Assembly (NCBI GenBank): GCA_044356295.1
Contig: JBIKWN010000007.1
Span: 10,627-74,626 of the forward strand
Length of the DNA stretch: 64,000 nt
Source of the DNA: Bdellovibrionota bacterium
Lineage (GTDB): Bacteria > Bdellovibrionota_C > UBA2361 > JBIKWN01
Direction: 5' to 3'
Position numbers and translations under genes: made by a program. This document shows, in pieces, positions 1 through 10,200 of this stretch. Position 1 is the first letter of the stretch; every line of letters starts with the position of its first letter. The notes beneath the pieces are model-generated. The model ran no database searches. It was not told the origin of the DNA and saw only the letters and a program-made list of their open reading frames with translations.

Positions 1-339
1 GTGTAAGTCTAATTTCTGTAATAATTTTAGCGTACTCTCCTGCTCACTTAATCCAATAACACGTGTTGGTCGAAGTGCTACAATCGCTTCAATATTTGGA
101 TCTAGAAATCCCCCAATCTGTGTTTTCAACGTAACCTCTTTGGGATAGGTATCATACGAAGTGACTCCAACAATATGCTCCCCAAGCCCAAGGGCATACA
201 CTGTTTCAGTAACACTCGGTGCTATGCTCACAATTCTTTCACAACTTTTTTCTGTATTTCCTTCTAAAGAAAAAATAAGAAACAGAGCTGCTGAAGTAAT
301 CCAGTATAAAAATTTATTGCTTATTAATACTAGATTCAC
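1..339 (-). CDS. btuF: Cobalamin ABC transporter periplasmic binding protein (helical backbone metal receptor), 3' part runs off the window
   Basis: Not in the ORF track. Manual translation from GTG at 339 gives MNLVLISNKFLYWITSAALFLIFSLEGNTEKSCERIVSIAPSVTETVYALGLGEHIVGVTSYDTYP...IGGFLDPNIEAIVALRP, a typical BtuF N-terminus. It lies directly downstream of btuB. Confidence 0.85.
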   Translation of the reverse strand, partial: MNLVLISNKFLYWITSAALFLIFSLEGNTEKSCERIVSIAPSVTETVYALGLGEHIVGVTSYDTYPKEVTLKTQIGGFLDPNIEAIVALRPTRVIGLSEQESTLKLLQKLDLH

Positions 340-357
340 TTCAGCTGCTCTAAAGGT

Positions 358-2283
358 TTAAAGGTCGTATTTAAAACCTGCAAAATAAGCAGCACCTTGC
401 GTACCAAACCCACGAACCTCTTGATATTCCTGGTCGAGAATATTTTCTGCTCTTCCAAAAATCTCAAATTGATCTGAAATTTTATATCTACTCGTAAGGT
501 TTAATAATACATACCCTCCAAGATCAACTGGTGTTGCAGGAAAAGTCGAGAAATCATTATCTAACCTTTTTCCGTTCATTAACATCTCGATGCCGACTTC
601 AGATTTCTCAGTTGCTTGGTATCGAACTGCAACTTTTGCTTTATTTCTTGCACGTCTTAAAAGCCTTTCATTTGTTTCAGAATCTTCTGTATTCGTCATT
701 GTATAGCTCAGATCAAGATTCAGATCTGTGCCAAATTTACTTGTCGAAAATACTTCAATCCCTGAGCTTTGTGCATTCGCAATGTTTTCTGATTTAAAGG
801 TAGTCGGATCAAAAGTTATCAGATCATTAAAGTCATTATTAAAATACGTAACACCGAATGTCATCTGATCTTTATATAACGATTGCTCGATACCAACATC
901 CCATCCTAGGCTATCTTCAGGGCGAAGATCTCGATTTCCATAAGAAGAATAGAGCTGAAAGATACTCGGAGCTTTATATCCGGTTCCAAGTGTACTCGAT
1001 ATCTTTGTATCACCGAGCAACAACGTAGGTCCTACTTTCCAAGTAGACTGTGATCCAAAAACACTGTGCTCATCAATTCTGCCGCTTGCTGATGTAATCA
1101 ACGTATCGTCATAGTTCCAACGACCTTGAAGGTAATAGCCATTCGTTGTGACAGAGGTATCATCGAGGATATCAACAAAGGGACCAAAACGTCCGTCTGA
1201 TGCGAATGAGGAACTTCCCTGATCCGTTTCATTTTCATAACCAAATGTGATGTCAACTTGCTCAGAAGCCTTCACAACGTTTTGCAAGTCTACTTTTCTA
1301 CTTTTACCAGTATAGTTACTGACAATCGAGTCAAGCGGACGTGCCTCATCAACTCTATTATTATCATCATACCAATGATTGGCATAAGCGATTCCAATTT
1401 TCTGTTTTAGAACGCCACCAAAAAAATTGGTTGCCAATTGTCCACGTGTGAATACTTGATTATCAAAAAGTACGCGGTTTGGATCGTCGCCACCTACTCC
1501 ACCAAAATTATCGAGCTCCGTTCTCGCATTCGAGTAACGAGCAACTAGTGAACTCTCTACTGTATCGGATAACTTATTAGTTACTAGTCCTGATACATTT
1601 GTAGTATCGTAACTATCTTTTTCATTATTTCCATCTCGCTTATCTGCAGATGAAAAACCATCTCTATTTCTTTGCGATGCAGTGAAAGAATAGGTTGATT
1701 CTTTATCACCACCACTTAGTCTTGCATGTTCAGAGAAAGAGCCAAACGAGCCTCCCTCCGCAGAAACTGTCGTTTGAAGAGGACCTTCTCCTTTTTTTGT
1801 AGTAATAAGAATGACTCCACCAATTGCATCAGATCCATACAGCACACTTCCAGGACCCCGTATTACTTCGATCTGTTCAATATTATCTAAACTAAAATTT
1901 GCAAAATCGAATGCTCGTGTCGGCGAAATTGGATCATTTGATTCAATACCATCGACAATCACAAGTGTATGCTCTGAATTTGCGCCACGAATAAACACGG
2001 ACACGTTGCCTCCAGGTCCACCACTTTGTACAACATCCACACCTGGAACTCCTCTGAGGATTTCTCCAACTGTTTGTTGTTGTGATGCCTGTATTTGTTC
2101 AGAGGAAATCACTGTTACCGAAGAAGCAACTTGTGATTTTGGATATGGTACTCGGTCTGCCGTGACAATTATTTCAGGCGATTGATTCATTCCAGTATTG
2201 GATAAATCTTGTGAGTACGAGTTGAAGGGGGATACCAAGAATAGGAGAACACCTATTCCAAGCGGAATTGTTTTCTTATTCAT
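358..2283 (-). CDS. btuB: TonB-dependent vitamin B12 receptor
   Basis: Signal peptide, TonB box (EIIVTA), plug motifs (IRGANSEHTLVIVDG; IEVIRGPGSVLYGSDAIGGVI), beta-barrel C-terminus, and a cobalamin riboswitch upstream. Confidence 0.9.
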   Translation of the reverse strand: MNKKTIPLGIGVLLFLVSPFNSYSQDLSNTGMNQSPEIIVTADRVPYPKSQVASSVTVISSEQIQASQQQTVGEILRGVPGVDVVQSGGPGGNVSVFIRGANSEHTLVIVDGIESNDPISPTRAFDFANFSLDNIEQIEVIRGPGSVLYGSDAIGGVILITTKKGEGPLQTTVSAEGGSFGSFSEHARLSGGDKESTYSFTASQRNRDGFSSADKRDGNNEKDSYDTTNVSGLVTNKLSDTVESSLVARYSNARTELDNFGGVGGDDPNRVLFDNQVFTRGQLATNFFGGVLKQKIGIAYANHWYDDNNRVDEARPLDSIVSNYTGKSRKVDLQNVVKASEQVDITFGYENETDQGSSSFASDGRFGPFVDILDDTSVTTNGYYLQGRWNYDDTLITSASGRIDEHSVFGSQSTWKVGPTLLLGDTKISSTLGTGYKAPSIFQLYSSYGNRDLRPEDSLGWDVGIEQSLYKDQMTFGVTYFNNDFNDLITFDPTTFKSENIANAQSSGIEVFSTSKFGTDLNLDLSYTMTNTEDSETNERLLRRARNKAKVAVRYQATEKSEVGIEMLMNGKRLDNDFSTFPATPVDLGGYVLLNLTSRYKISDQFEIFGRAENILDQEYQEVRGFGTQGAAYFAGFKYDL

Positions 2284-2354
2284 TACGAATACTCCAGTCC
2301 ACGAGAGTAGTTATTTAAAAAACCATGCATAAATTAAATTTATACAGAGTTCAG

Positions 2355-2545
2355 CAAGCAGGTCTTCTGACTTACTCAGTGCCTCTATTATTTACAGGGG
2401 CACCTCTTTTACCTTCCCACCTCTTCAAAAAGAGACAGTGGCTAACAAAGAATTAAGAGCATACAGCGGCGGGACCGTTGTGGATTCTCACCACATTCCC
2501 TAAGAGCTACAAAAGGAGAATTCCTTTCTGTAACCCAAACTTACT
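2355..2545 (-). ncRNA. Cobalamin (AdoCbl) riboswitch
   Basis: Minus strand reads AGGGAATGTGGTGAGAATCCACAACGGTCCCGCCGCTGTA...GCCACTG...GGGAAGG...AGTCAGAAGACCTGC (B12 box), in the 5' leader of btuB. Boundaries are approximate. Confidence 0.93.
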
Positions 2546-2653
2546 GAAAGAGTTAATAACAAGTACAACTAAGAGTGTCAATTAATCCTTTAAATCCGAT
2601 TTTCCTTCTTTCTATAACGAAAAGCTGGTTTATACTTTGTTTAAGAAATACCC

Positions 2654-3652
2654 ATGAACCCTTTTAGCCAAAGCCGTCACTCAGATTCAATTGCCCAAGG
2701 GAATCTTATTGAGCTTATTGAAAGCTACATTGAATTTTATGCAACATCATCTGGTCATACTGCTCGTGCTAAAAAACTTGACCTCTATCATTTTGTTCGA
2801 TTTCTAACTGAATTTCGAAAAAAGAAAAATGACAAAAGCCTTCTTGTAAAAGATTGGGACTACTCTGCTGTTCAAGCATTTGTTGAGGAGTGTCTTCGTG
2901 CTGGTGAATCCCCTGCAACTGTCACAAGACGCCTGGCAACTCTAAAACATATGGGAAGAACACTGAGTGAAAAGTTTTCAGGATTTATTAACCCTGCACG
3001 AGAAGTCAAACCTCCTAAAACAGCACCGCTTCGTCCAAAATCTATTTCAAATGATGAGATTGAAAAAATTCGCGCATTTGCAAAACTAAAGATAAAAGAA
3101 AAACCAAACTTTACCCGTCAAAGAAATTTTACACTCTTTAATTTTCTACTCGATACAGGTTTAAGAGCAGAAGAGATTAGGCTATTAAAAGGTGCTCAAA
3201 TTAAGGAAGACTTATCCTGGATTGAAGGGGTTCGAACGAAAGGTAGAAAATTTCGAAACGTATATATTACTACAAAAGTAAGAGATGAATTAAAGATTTA
3301 TCTTGAGCTTCGAGAGAAACAGTTAAAAAAATTCTACCCAACGCTTACAGCAAAAATTTTAAAAGATCATCCACTTTTTATAAGTACTCATAATGCTGTA
3401 CCAACGAAACCTCAATCATTTTACTTAGATCCAAAAACAATCTGGCGAGCTGTACGCGAGTTTTCTCAGGGTACGAAACTCCATCCTCATTTACTTCGTC
3501 ACTCGTTTGCTATTGAGCTATTAGAAGATTCAAAAGATATCCGTTTAGTTTCTCAAGCATTGGGACACAGTGATGTTCGAATTACGATGAGATACACTGA
3601 AAGGAGAGACGAGGAGATTGCCGAAGCGCTCGAGGCAGCGAGGCGGAAATAG
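2654..3652 (+). CDS. Tyrosine recombinase/integrase (XerC/D-like)
   Basis: N-terminal core-binding domain (SPATVTRRLATLK); catalytic motifs TGLRAEE, TKGRK, HPHLLRHSFA, LGH, MRYT. Confidence 0.9.
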   Translation: MNPFSQSRHSDSIAQGNLIELIESYIEFYATSSGHTARAKKLDLYHFVRFLTEFRKKKNDKSLLVKDWDYSAVQAFVEECLRAGESPATVTRRLATLKHMGRTLSEKFSGFINPAREVKPPKTAPLRPKSISNDEIEKIRAFAKLKIKEKPNFTRQRNFTLFNFLLDTGLRAEEIRLLKGAQIKEDLSWIEGVRTKGRKFRNVYITTKVRDELKIYLELREKQLKKFYPTLTAKILKDHPLFISTHNAVPTKPQSFYLDPKTIWRAVREFSQGTKLHPHLLRHSFAIELLEDSKDIRLVSQALGHSDVRITMRYTERRDEEIAEALEAARRK

Positions 3653-3809
3653 GGTCTCGTTTATAAAAAAAAACATTGAGCAACCTAATAGGTATCAATC
3701 TCAATCATGCAACTACTAAGTGAGCACTTCACCGGGTATATCTTCACTTGCATTCATCATAATACACTTATTACACTGCTCATTAAACAATAATAATCCA
3801 ATCTTCTTT

Positions 3810-4445
3810 ATGTCGCGGATAGTAATAAGAACAATGACTCTTCAAGATATCGATGGAGTCGTCGCCCTACAACGGGATTGTTTTCCTCCACCATTTGACG
3901 AAGATTTACTTTGGAAACAAATTCATCTCGAACAACATCTTCAAATTTTTCCTGACGGACAATTAGTAGCAGAACATTCTGAGACTCAACATATAATAGG
4001 AAGTGCAAGCGCCTCGCTTATTAATGAAGAGAATTGGAATAAACACAAAGGTTGGGATGAAACTCTTGGCGGCTTCATGTTTAATACATTTGACCCAAAA
4101 GGAACTACGCTCTACGGTGCAGATATTAGCGTTCATCCTTCTCACCGAAAACAAGGTGTCGGTAAAAAACTTTATGAAGTGAGATTTGCTGTTGTAAAAA
4201 AATTAAACCTTCTGCGTTATGGAACGGCTTGCCGGATACCAGATTATAGCAACTATAATGATAAACATCATGACTCACTAACTTTGAATGATTATTGTCT
4301 TCGCGTTGCATCATTAGAATATAACGACAGAACACTGACGCCACTATTAAAACTGGGTCTTACATTTCTTGATGTAATTGAAGATTATATGGATGATCAA
4401 GAAAGCGGCAACGCAGCTGCACTTCTCGAATGGCGACCAGTATGA
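3810..4445 (+). CDS. GNAT family N-acetyltransferase
   Basis: LYGADISVHPSHRKQGVGKKLY acetyl-CoA motif. The ATG at 3810 (MSRIVIR) is more plausible than the GTG at 3720. Confidence 0.85.
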   Translation: MSRIVIRTMTLQDIDGVVALQRDCFPPPFDEDLLWKQIHLEQHLQIFPDGQLVAEHSETQHIIGSASASLINEENWNKHKGWDETLGGFMFNTFDPKGTTLYGADISVHPSHRKQGVGKKLYEVRFAVVKKLNLLRYGTACRIPDYSNYNDKHHDSLTLNDYCLRVASLEYNDRTLTPLLKLGLTFLDVIEDYMDDQESGNAAALLEWRPV

Positions 4446-5278
4446 AAGTAAGTTCAATTAATTTTAAAATAAATAAAATTTCTCATAAGGATGATTTTTT
4501 TAATCATGTAAATACGGTACTTCTCGAAGCAATCCAGAAAGACGCTGAACTCATTGTCCTTCCTGAATATACTGTAGCAGAGCTATACTCACTATTTCCT
4601 TCTTATTCAGAGGAAGATGCTCCTTCTCTTCTGGTACGATATGCCAAAGAGTACGTGAGTACACTAGAAGAATTCTCAAAAAAACATAGCGTTACGATTG
4701 TTGGTGGAACTTTTTTCAGTGATGCTTTTGGCGGTATTTCAAACGTTTGCCCTATTACTTCAAACACACATGCAACTCGTTTCCAAATTAAAAACCAACT
4801 TGTTTCTTATGAGAATCAAATTCAGAAACTATCTCGTGGAACTAAGATTGAAATTCTAGATGATACAAGAATAGGTGTACTCATTTGTTATGACTCTGAG
4901 TTCCCCGAATACTGTCGAACGCTTTGCCAAGCCGGGATGCAGATTCTTTGTGTGCCCTCATCAACTGAAACGGTGCATGGCTTCAACCGTGTCCGCTTTT
5001 CATGTCTTGCTAGAGCAATTGAAAATCAGATTTATGTTATTCATTCTGCGTTAGTAGGAAGCATAAATAAAGAGCCGCATCCAACAAGTTACGGTTCTTC
5101 TGCTGTGATTAGTCCGTGTTCCGCAGAATTTCCTTCTGGACCAATTTTGAATGAAACTCCATTACATGAAGAAGGATCTGCATTTTACAACCTTCATCTT
5201 AATTTATTATATACCTTTCAAAATCAGGGCGAAGTGCAAAATTTTAACGATTGGAAAAATACTTTTTGTCGTTCATAA
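4442..5278 (+). CDS. Carbon-nitrogen hydrolase (nitrilase/amidase superfamily)
   Basis: Catalytic triad motifs LIVLPEY, QIKNQL, LICYDSEFPE; ARAIENQ; ATGA overlap with the GNAT stop codon. Confidence 0.88.
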   Translation: MKVSSINFKINKISHKDDFFNHVNTVLLEAIQKDAELIVLPEYTVAELYSLFPSYSEEDAPSLLVRYAKEYVSTLEEFSKKHSVTIVGGTFFSDAFGGISNVCPITSNTHATRFQIKNQLVSYENQIQKLSRGTKIEILDDTRIGVLICYDSEFPEYCRTLCQAGMQILCVPSSTETVHGFNRVRFSCLARAIENQIYVIHSALVGSINKEPHPTSYGSSAVISPCSAEFPSGPILNETPLHEEGSAFYNLHLNLLYTFQNQGEVQNFNDWKNTFCRS

Positions 5279-5289
5279 AAGTAGCAACA

Positions 5290-7254
5290 CTATTGATTTG
5301 CTAACGCTACTATCCGGTTTACTGTTCCAGTTATCTCACCTGTAATACTTTGAGGGTAATAATCCTCTTGCATAACATCGACTCTATAAGCAGTCCCATA
5401 AGGAATAGTAAAGGTTACCAGTCCGGATCCATTAGACACGGCTGCCCCGTAAAGTGAACCATCTACAAAAACACTTACATAAGCACCAGACATCGCAGAG
5501 GCATTCATACGATCCACCACTTTAACTTCAAGCGTATATCCTGATTGATAGGCTCGAGCAGTCACTGTGGTGCTTTGATTGACCGTAACTTGATAAGAAT
5601 TAGATTCAAAGGTTAGTCCTGCTTTTGAAAAAGTAACTGTATAAATTCCACCTGAAAGTTGAGCAGTGTTCATTCTGCCCGTTGAATCAGTCATACCACT
5701 TGCTACGATAGCGTTTCCACTTTTAACTGTTACTGCGACTTGAGAGATTCCAGTACCACGTAAGGCATCAAGGACGATTAATGATAAAACACCAGGCTGG
5801 GGTATTGGAGTCATCGTTGGTGTCATTGTTGGGGTGGCTGTTGGTGTGCGAGTTGGAGTAGGAGTCGATGTTGGAGTTGCAGTTGGTACAACAGGAGCTG
5901 GAGGGGTCGGAGGATTCATTACAAGCTGCTGTAGGCCTCTTAACACATTAAGTTCTCCACCAGTAAGAGTTCTACCAACTAACGCACCATTATAGGAAGT
6001 ATTAGACAAAAGTGTCGATTTTAATTGCGATATTGTTAAGGCATTTGAATAAGCCTTAAATAATGCAAGCGCACCACTAACATGAGGCGCTGCCATGGAA
6101 GTTCCACTGATAGAGTTATATTGGTTGTTGATCCATGTACTAGAAATCCCAACACCAGGGGCACCCAAGTCTACAGTAGTAGCTCCATAGTTTGAAAAAC
6201 TAGCCAAAGCACCATTTGAATCAATTGCAGCTACAGAAACAATATTGTCAAGATTGTATGCAGCAGGATACTGAGGCGATGCATCAGAATTCATTCCGCT
6301 ATTACCTGCAGCAGCAACAAAAAGTAACCCAGCATTTCTAGACGCAGAAATCTCGTCATAGAGGACATTATAATATCCACCACCACCCCATGAGTTACTG
6401 GTAAGAACAATTGGTTCTCCGCGTTCTTTCAATCTTCGTACATACTGCAACGCTGTGACCGCATGAGCTAATGATCCAGAACCGGATGAACTTAAAAATT
6501 TCACTGGAATCATTTTTACATTCCAGCTGACTCCGACAACTCCTGTACCGTTATTTCCAACACCACCTATCGTTCCAGCACAGTGTGAACCGTGACCATT
6601 ATCATCCATTGGATTTCCGCTATTATTGATTGCGTTGTATCCGTATATGTCATCAACAACACCATTTGCATCATCATCTATACCATTACCAGCAATCTCT
6701 CTTGAATTTCTCCAAATGTTTGCAGCTAAATCTGGATGATTATAATTAACGCCTGTATCAATGACCGCAACAACAACTTGACTTGAACCAGTTGTATAGT
6801 CCCATGCAGCAGGCATACTCATACGTTGCATTCCCCATAGCAAAGAATAATAAGGGTCATTCGGTGTAGCAGAAGCTTGCAGAATCGCATTTGGATCGCA
6901 GTGACTTGCATAGTTTCTAAAGATTTTTAATTGACCCATCTGTCGAAGTTTTCGCTCATGCTTTCGAAGTTTGTCACAAGCGTTAACCATAGGAGCCCTG
7001 ATTCTTGAAGGCTTATCTTTCTGTTCAGGTGGACTAACGACCATAATCCCAATTCCAGGCAGCTGCTCGGTTATCGCTAATTGTTGATTCGTAGCATCTT
7101 CCATCATAGAAACAGCCTGCTCAGCCCTAAACTCATTTTTCACTGATACAATATATTGTCCAGTGTTGACTAATGATTGAGCCGAGGATTCCATAACAGG
7201 AATCAAACATCCTAAAGCAATAACGATCATTGATTTAACGAAATGTTTCATCAT
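5290..7254 (-). CDS. Secreted S8 subtilisin-like serine peptidase with Thr/Pro linker and C-terminal carboxypeptidase-regulatory-like beta domains
   Basis: Signal peptide; VIDTG, HGSHCAG, AAAGN, GTSMAAPHV; PTATPT linker. Confidence 0.93.
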   Translation of the reverse strand: MMKHFVKSMIVIALGCLIPVMESSAQSLVNTGQYIVSVKNEFRAEQAVSMMEDATNQQLAITEQLPGIGIMVVSPPEQKDKPSRIRAPMVNACDKLRKHERKLRQMGQLKIFRNYASHCDPNAILQASATPNDPYYSLLWGMQRMSMPAAWDYTTGSSQVVVAVIDTGVNYNHPDLAANIWRNSREIAGNGIDDDANGVVDDIYGYNAINNSGNPMDDNGHGSHCAGTIGGVGNNGTGVVGVSWNVKMIPVKFLSSSGSGSLAHAVTALQYVRRLKERGEPIVLTSNSWGGGGYYNVLYDEISASRNAGLLFVAAAGNSGMNSDASPQYPAAYNLDNIVSVAAIDSNGALASFSNYGATTVDLGAPGVGISSTWINNQYNSISGTSMAAPHVSGALALFKAYSNALTISQLKSTLLSNTSYNGALVGRTLTGGELNVLRGLQQLVMNPPTPPAPVVPTATPTSTPTPTRTPTATPTMTPTMTPIPQPGVLSLIVLDALRGTGISQVAVTVKSGNAIVASGMTDSTGRMNTAQLSGGIYTVTFSKAGLTFESNSYQVTVNQSTTVTARAYQSGYTLEVKVVDRMNASAMSGAYVSVFVDGSLYGAAVSNGSGLVTFTIPYGTAYRVDVMQEDYYPQSITGEITGTVNRIVALANQ

Positions 7255-7256
7255 GA

Positions 7257-10200
7257 TTACTTAGCTAACCTCCTGTTTTGAGCACTAACTCCAGTCGATA
7301 CCGCTCTTAATCCAAACGAATACCCTGTTCCTCGAGGTCGTGAATCAGAAAGTAGCCAAACATTTTTATACTCTGTTGGACGAGATCTGACTTCTATACC
7401 AGAGCGTGTAAATGTCATTCGAATTCTATAAGGATCATCACAAGGAACAACGATTCTAAATGAATCATCATTCACAACCCACGAATATGATTTTTTGGTA
7501 TTACGTTGCGATGTAATAACGACTCTGGCACCACTTCTTTGAACGCGACTTTGGAATGGAGATGACATTACTCGTGAGACTTCTCGAATATTTCCAGCCA
7601 CTGAACAAACTACTGGTGTAGCTGTATTAGTTGGGGTTGAAGTAGGAAGTGGCGTTTCGGTAATCGTTGGAGTTGGGGTTGCAGTAGCAGTTGGAACGAT
7701 TATGGTTGGCGTGATTGTTGGAGTATTTGTCCTGGTTGGTGTGGGTGTAGGACAAATCTGTAGACCAGACGCTTTTATAGCAACCTGAACACCATTATGA
7801 AAAAGTCCCAAAGTATTTCCACTTGGAAGTCTTGTTGTAGAAAAGAACGTATGAGCATTTGCAGCAGCTATAATAGATCCTTTTACTGTCGATCCATATA
7901 ACTCCCAAGTTAAAGTCAAATCAGATGAGTACGGATTAATTACTCTCCATGCTAACGAAGTAGAATCGAGTGAACACATTGATGTAAGAGTAAAGGGCAG
8001 AGCCGGTGTATACGTTGCTGTAGGCGTATTTGTTGAAGTCGATGTCGAGGTAACAGTCGCCGTTGCAGTTGGTGATGGTGATGGTGTGATAGTTGATGTT
8101 TGAGTAGAAGTTGCAGTAAACGTAGATGTTGGTTGTTGTGTTGGCGTATTTGTATTAATTGGTGTCACAGAAGGTGTCATAGAAGGACTCGGTATCTGAG
8201 TTGGCGTTAGTGTATTAGTAACAGTTAACGTTGCTGTTGGAGTTGTAGTACTTGTTGGAGTAGCAGTTAGCGTATTTGTTGCTGTTGGTGTTACTGAAAA
8301 AGTCAAAGTAGGTGTTTGAGTTGAAGTTGCTGTATTTGTAGGTGTTGCCGTTGATGTCCCTGTAAAGGTCGGAGTCGGAGTGATTGTAGCTGTATTGGTA
8401 AATGTTGGAGTCACTGTAGCGGTAAATGTACTGGTAGAAGTTTGAGTCCGCGTTGCAGTAGGTGTAACTGTAGCAGTACTGGTAAAAGTCATCGTTGGAG
8501 TTACTGTTGCAGTGTTTGTAAATGTGAATGTAGCGGTAGGTGTTGGAGTTCTTGTTGATGTAGGCGTGAGTGTTGCAGTATTGGTCGCAGTAAATGTAGC
8601 AGTTGGAGTAGCAGTTGGTGCTACTTGATTAAAATTTATATTCAGAAAATCGCGTTCTGCACGCTCTGAGAACTGCGCAGGAAGAAAAACCATATCAGGG
8701 TTTGAAGATGTCAGCACAAACGAAATTCCATTATCGATATCAAATGAATAGGCTCCTTCATCATCAGCAATATCGGTGCGCACAGATCCATCTCCGAGTG
8801 TTGCAGTAACTGTTGCTCCGGAAAGAACCGTTCCTGTATGTCTAAATACTTTACCAGTAACTTTGTAACTTGTTTTGCCTACCTGAACAAAATCAGCATT
8901 CTGTTTATCACAACGAATATTTGGCTCAGAGTATGCAACTGGTAGAAAATCCCAATTTGCATATGAAGCTGAAACCCAGTTATCGGAGCCTTGGTTAACT
9001 ATAAAGCTATAAACTCCATCCAAATCTGTAATAATAGGAGCAGAGAAATTATTCATCACTACTGCCCCTGAAATAGGTTGCCCTAAGTCATTAAGTACCC
9101 GTCCACTAATCGTATTAAAAAACTGAACTGGACATGGGGGACCAACCGGTGGCAAATTTCCTATCGAAGAATCTGGAGCAACAGAGTAAAAATTTAATTT
9201 TTTATCTTCATCAACATTTATAAATTGTTGATAGGATGGGTCGTAAAGAAGTGTTGAATTAGGAAGAAAAGAATTAAGTGCGAGTGAAGAGTTTTGTGCA
9301 GTTGAGATTGTATATTTACCTTCCGTATCAGAAGTAGCAACGACAGACCCATTATTTAATATTCGTACATTTGGCTGTGGCAATCCCAAAAGATCATATA
9401 CAACTCCACTAACCGATGAGAGCAATGGAACGTCTCCTGCAGTAAAAGCAGATAAACTAACGGGACTTGTTGCCTGGTCAGGGCAGAACTGAAAAGGACT
9501 ACCACTACTGTGGGTAAATGTGAATCCTTGCCGACTTGGAAAGACCGTATACAGTGGATTACAGGTTGTTTGTCTTACTGCTCCAAAAAGCGCTTTACCA
9601 GTTGAATCAGTAAACTGACGTGTTGTTTCTAAGCAACTATTAGTAACATCAACTGCTACACTTTCAAGTGGTGTTGTTCCGGCATTTAATACCTGAACAG
9701 GAATCAAAGACATAACAGAATCACGAGTTGCTCCAAACCATGTACATATTCTGTTCGGACATGTTTGAGGTGAAATAGTATACAACGGTAATGTTTCAAA
9801 CTTCGATCCAGTTACGACTGCACTGTAAGATGTAGAACCATCGAGAGTAACACGAGCTGTACCAGTACTATCGGTTGTAATCGTAGGAATCCCATTATTT
9901 ATATTGATTAAGGCGCCCCAAATTCCACTCCCGGTATTTCTCTCTAGAAATTTTAAAGTATAGGAAACTTGTCCTGATACCGGAGAAGGAGTTGTATTTG
10001 TTGCGCAACTTCCTGATACATAGACTGTAGCAGAAGATGATGATGGGCATGCGTTAAATTTATTTTTTAATAATGTTGTAAAAGTACATGACTGACCACT
10101 CGGTGATAGTGGTAACAAAGTATAGTTATCATCAACGTCTGTGTTGTTTTTATCATTACAAACACTACTTCTTCGTGGAGCTGCAAAAAATACAGTGCCA

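Noticed and set aside
161..361. 66 aa plus-strand ORF
   Set aside because: Antisense shadow of btuF, which has clear family motifs on the minus strand
2654..5278. Integron or prophage anchored on the recombinase
   Set aside because: No attC-like sites, no recognisable IntI-specific insertion, no phage genes, and no flanking direct repeats or tRNA found
8004..8622. Repetitive DNA considered as a CRISPR array or VNTR
   Set aside because: No identical repeats with unique spacers; the periodicity comes from Thr/Pro codons in an open frame
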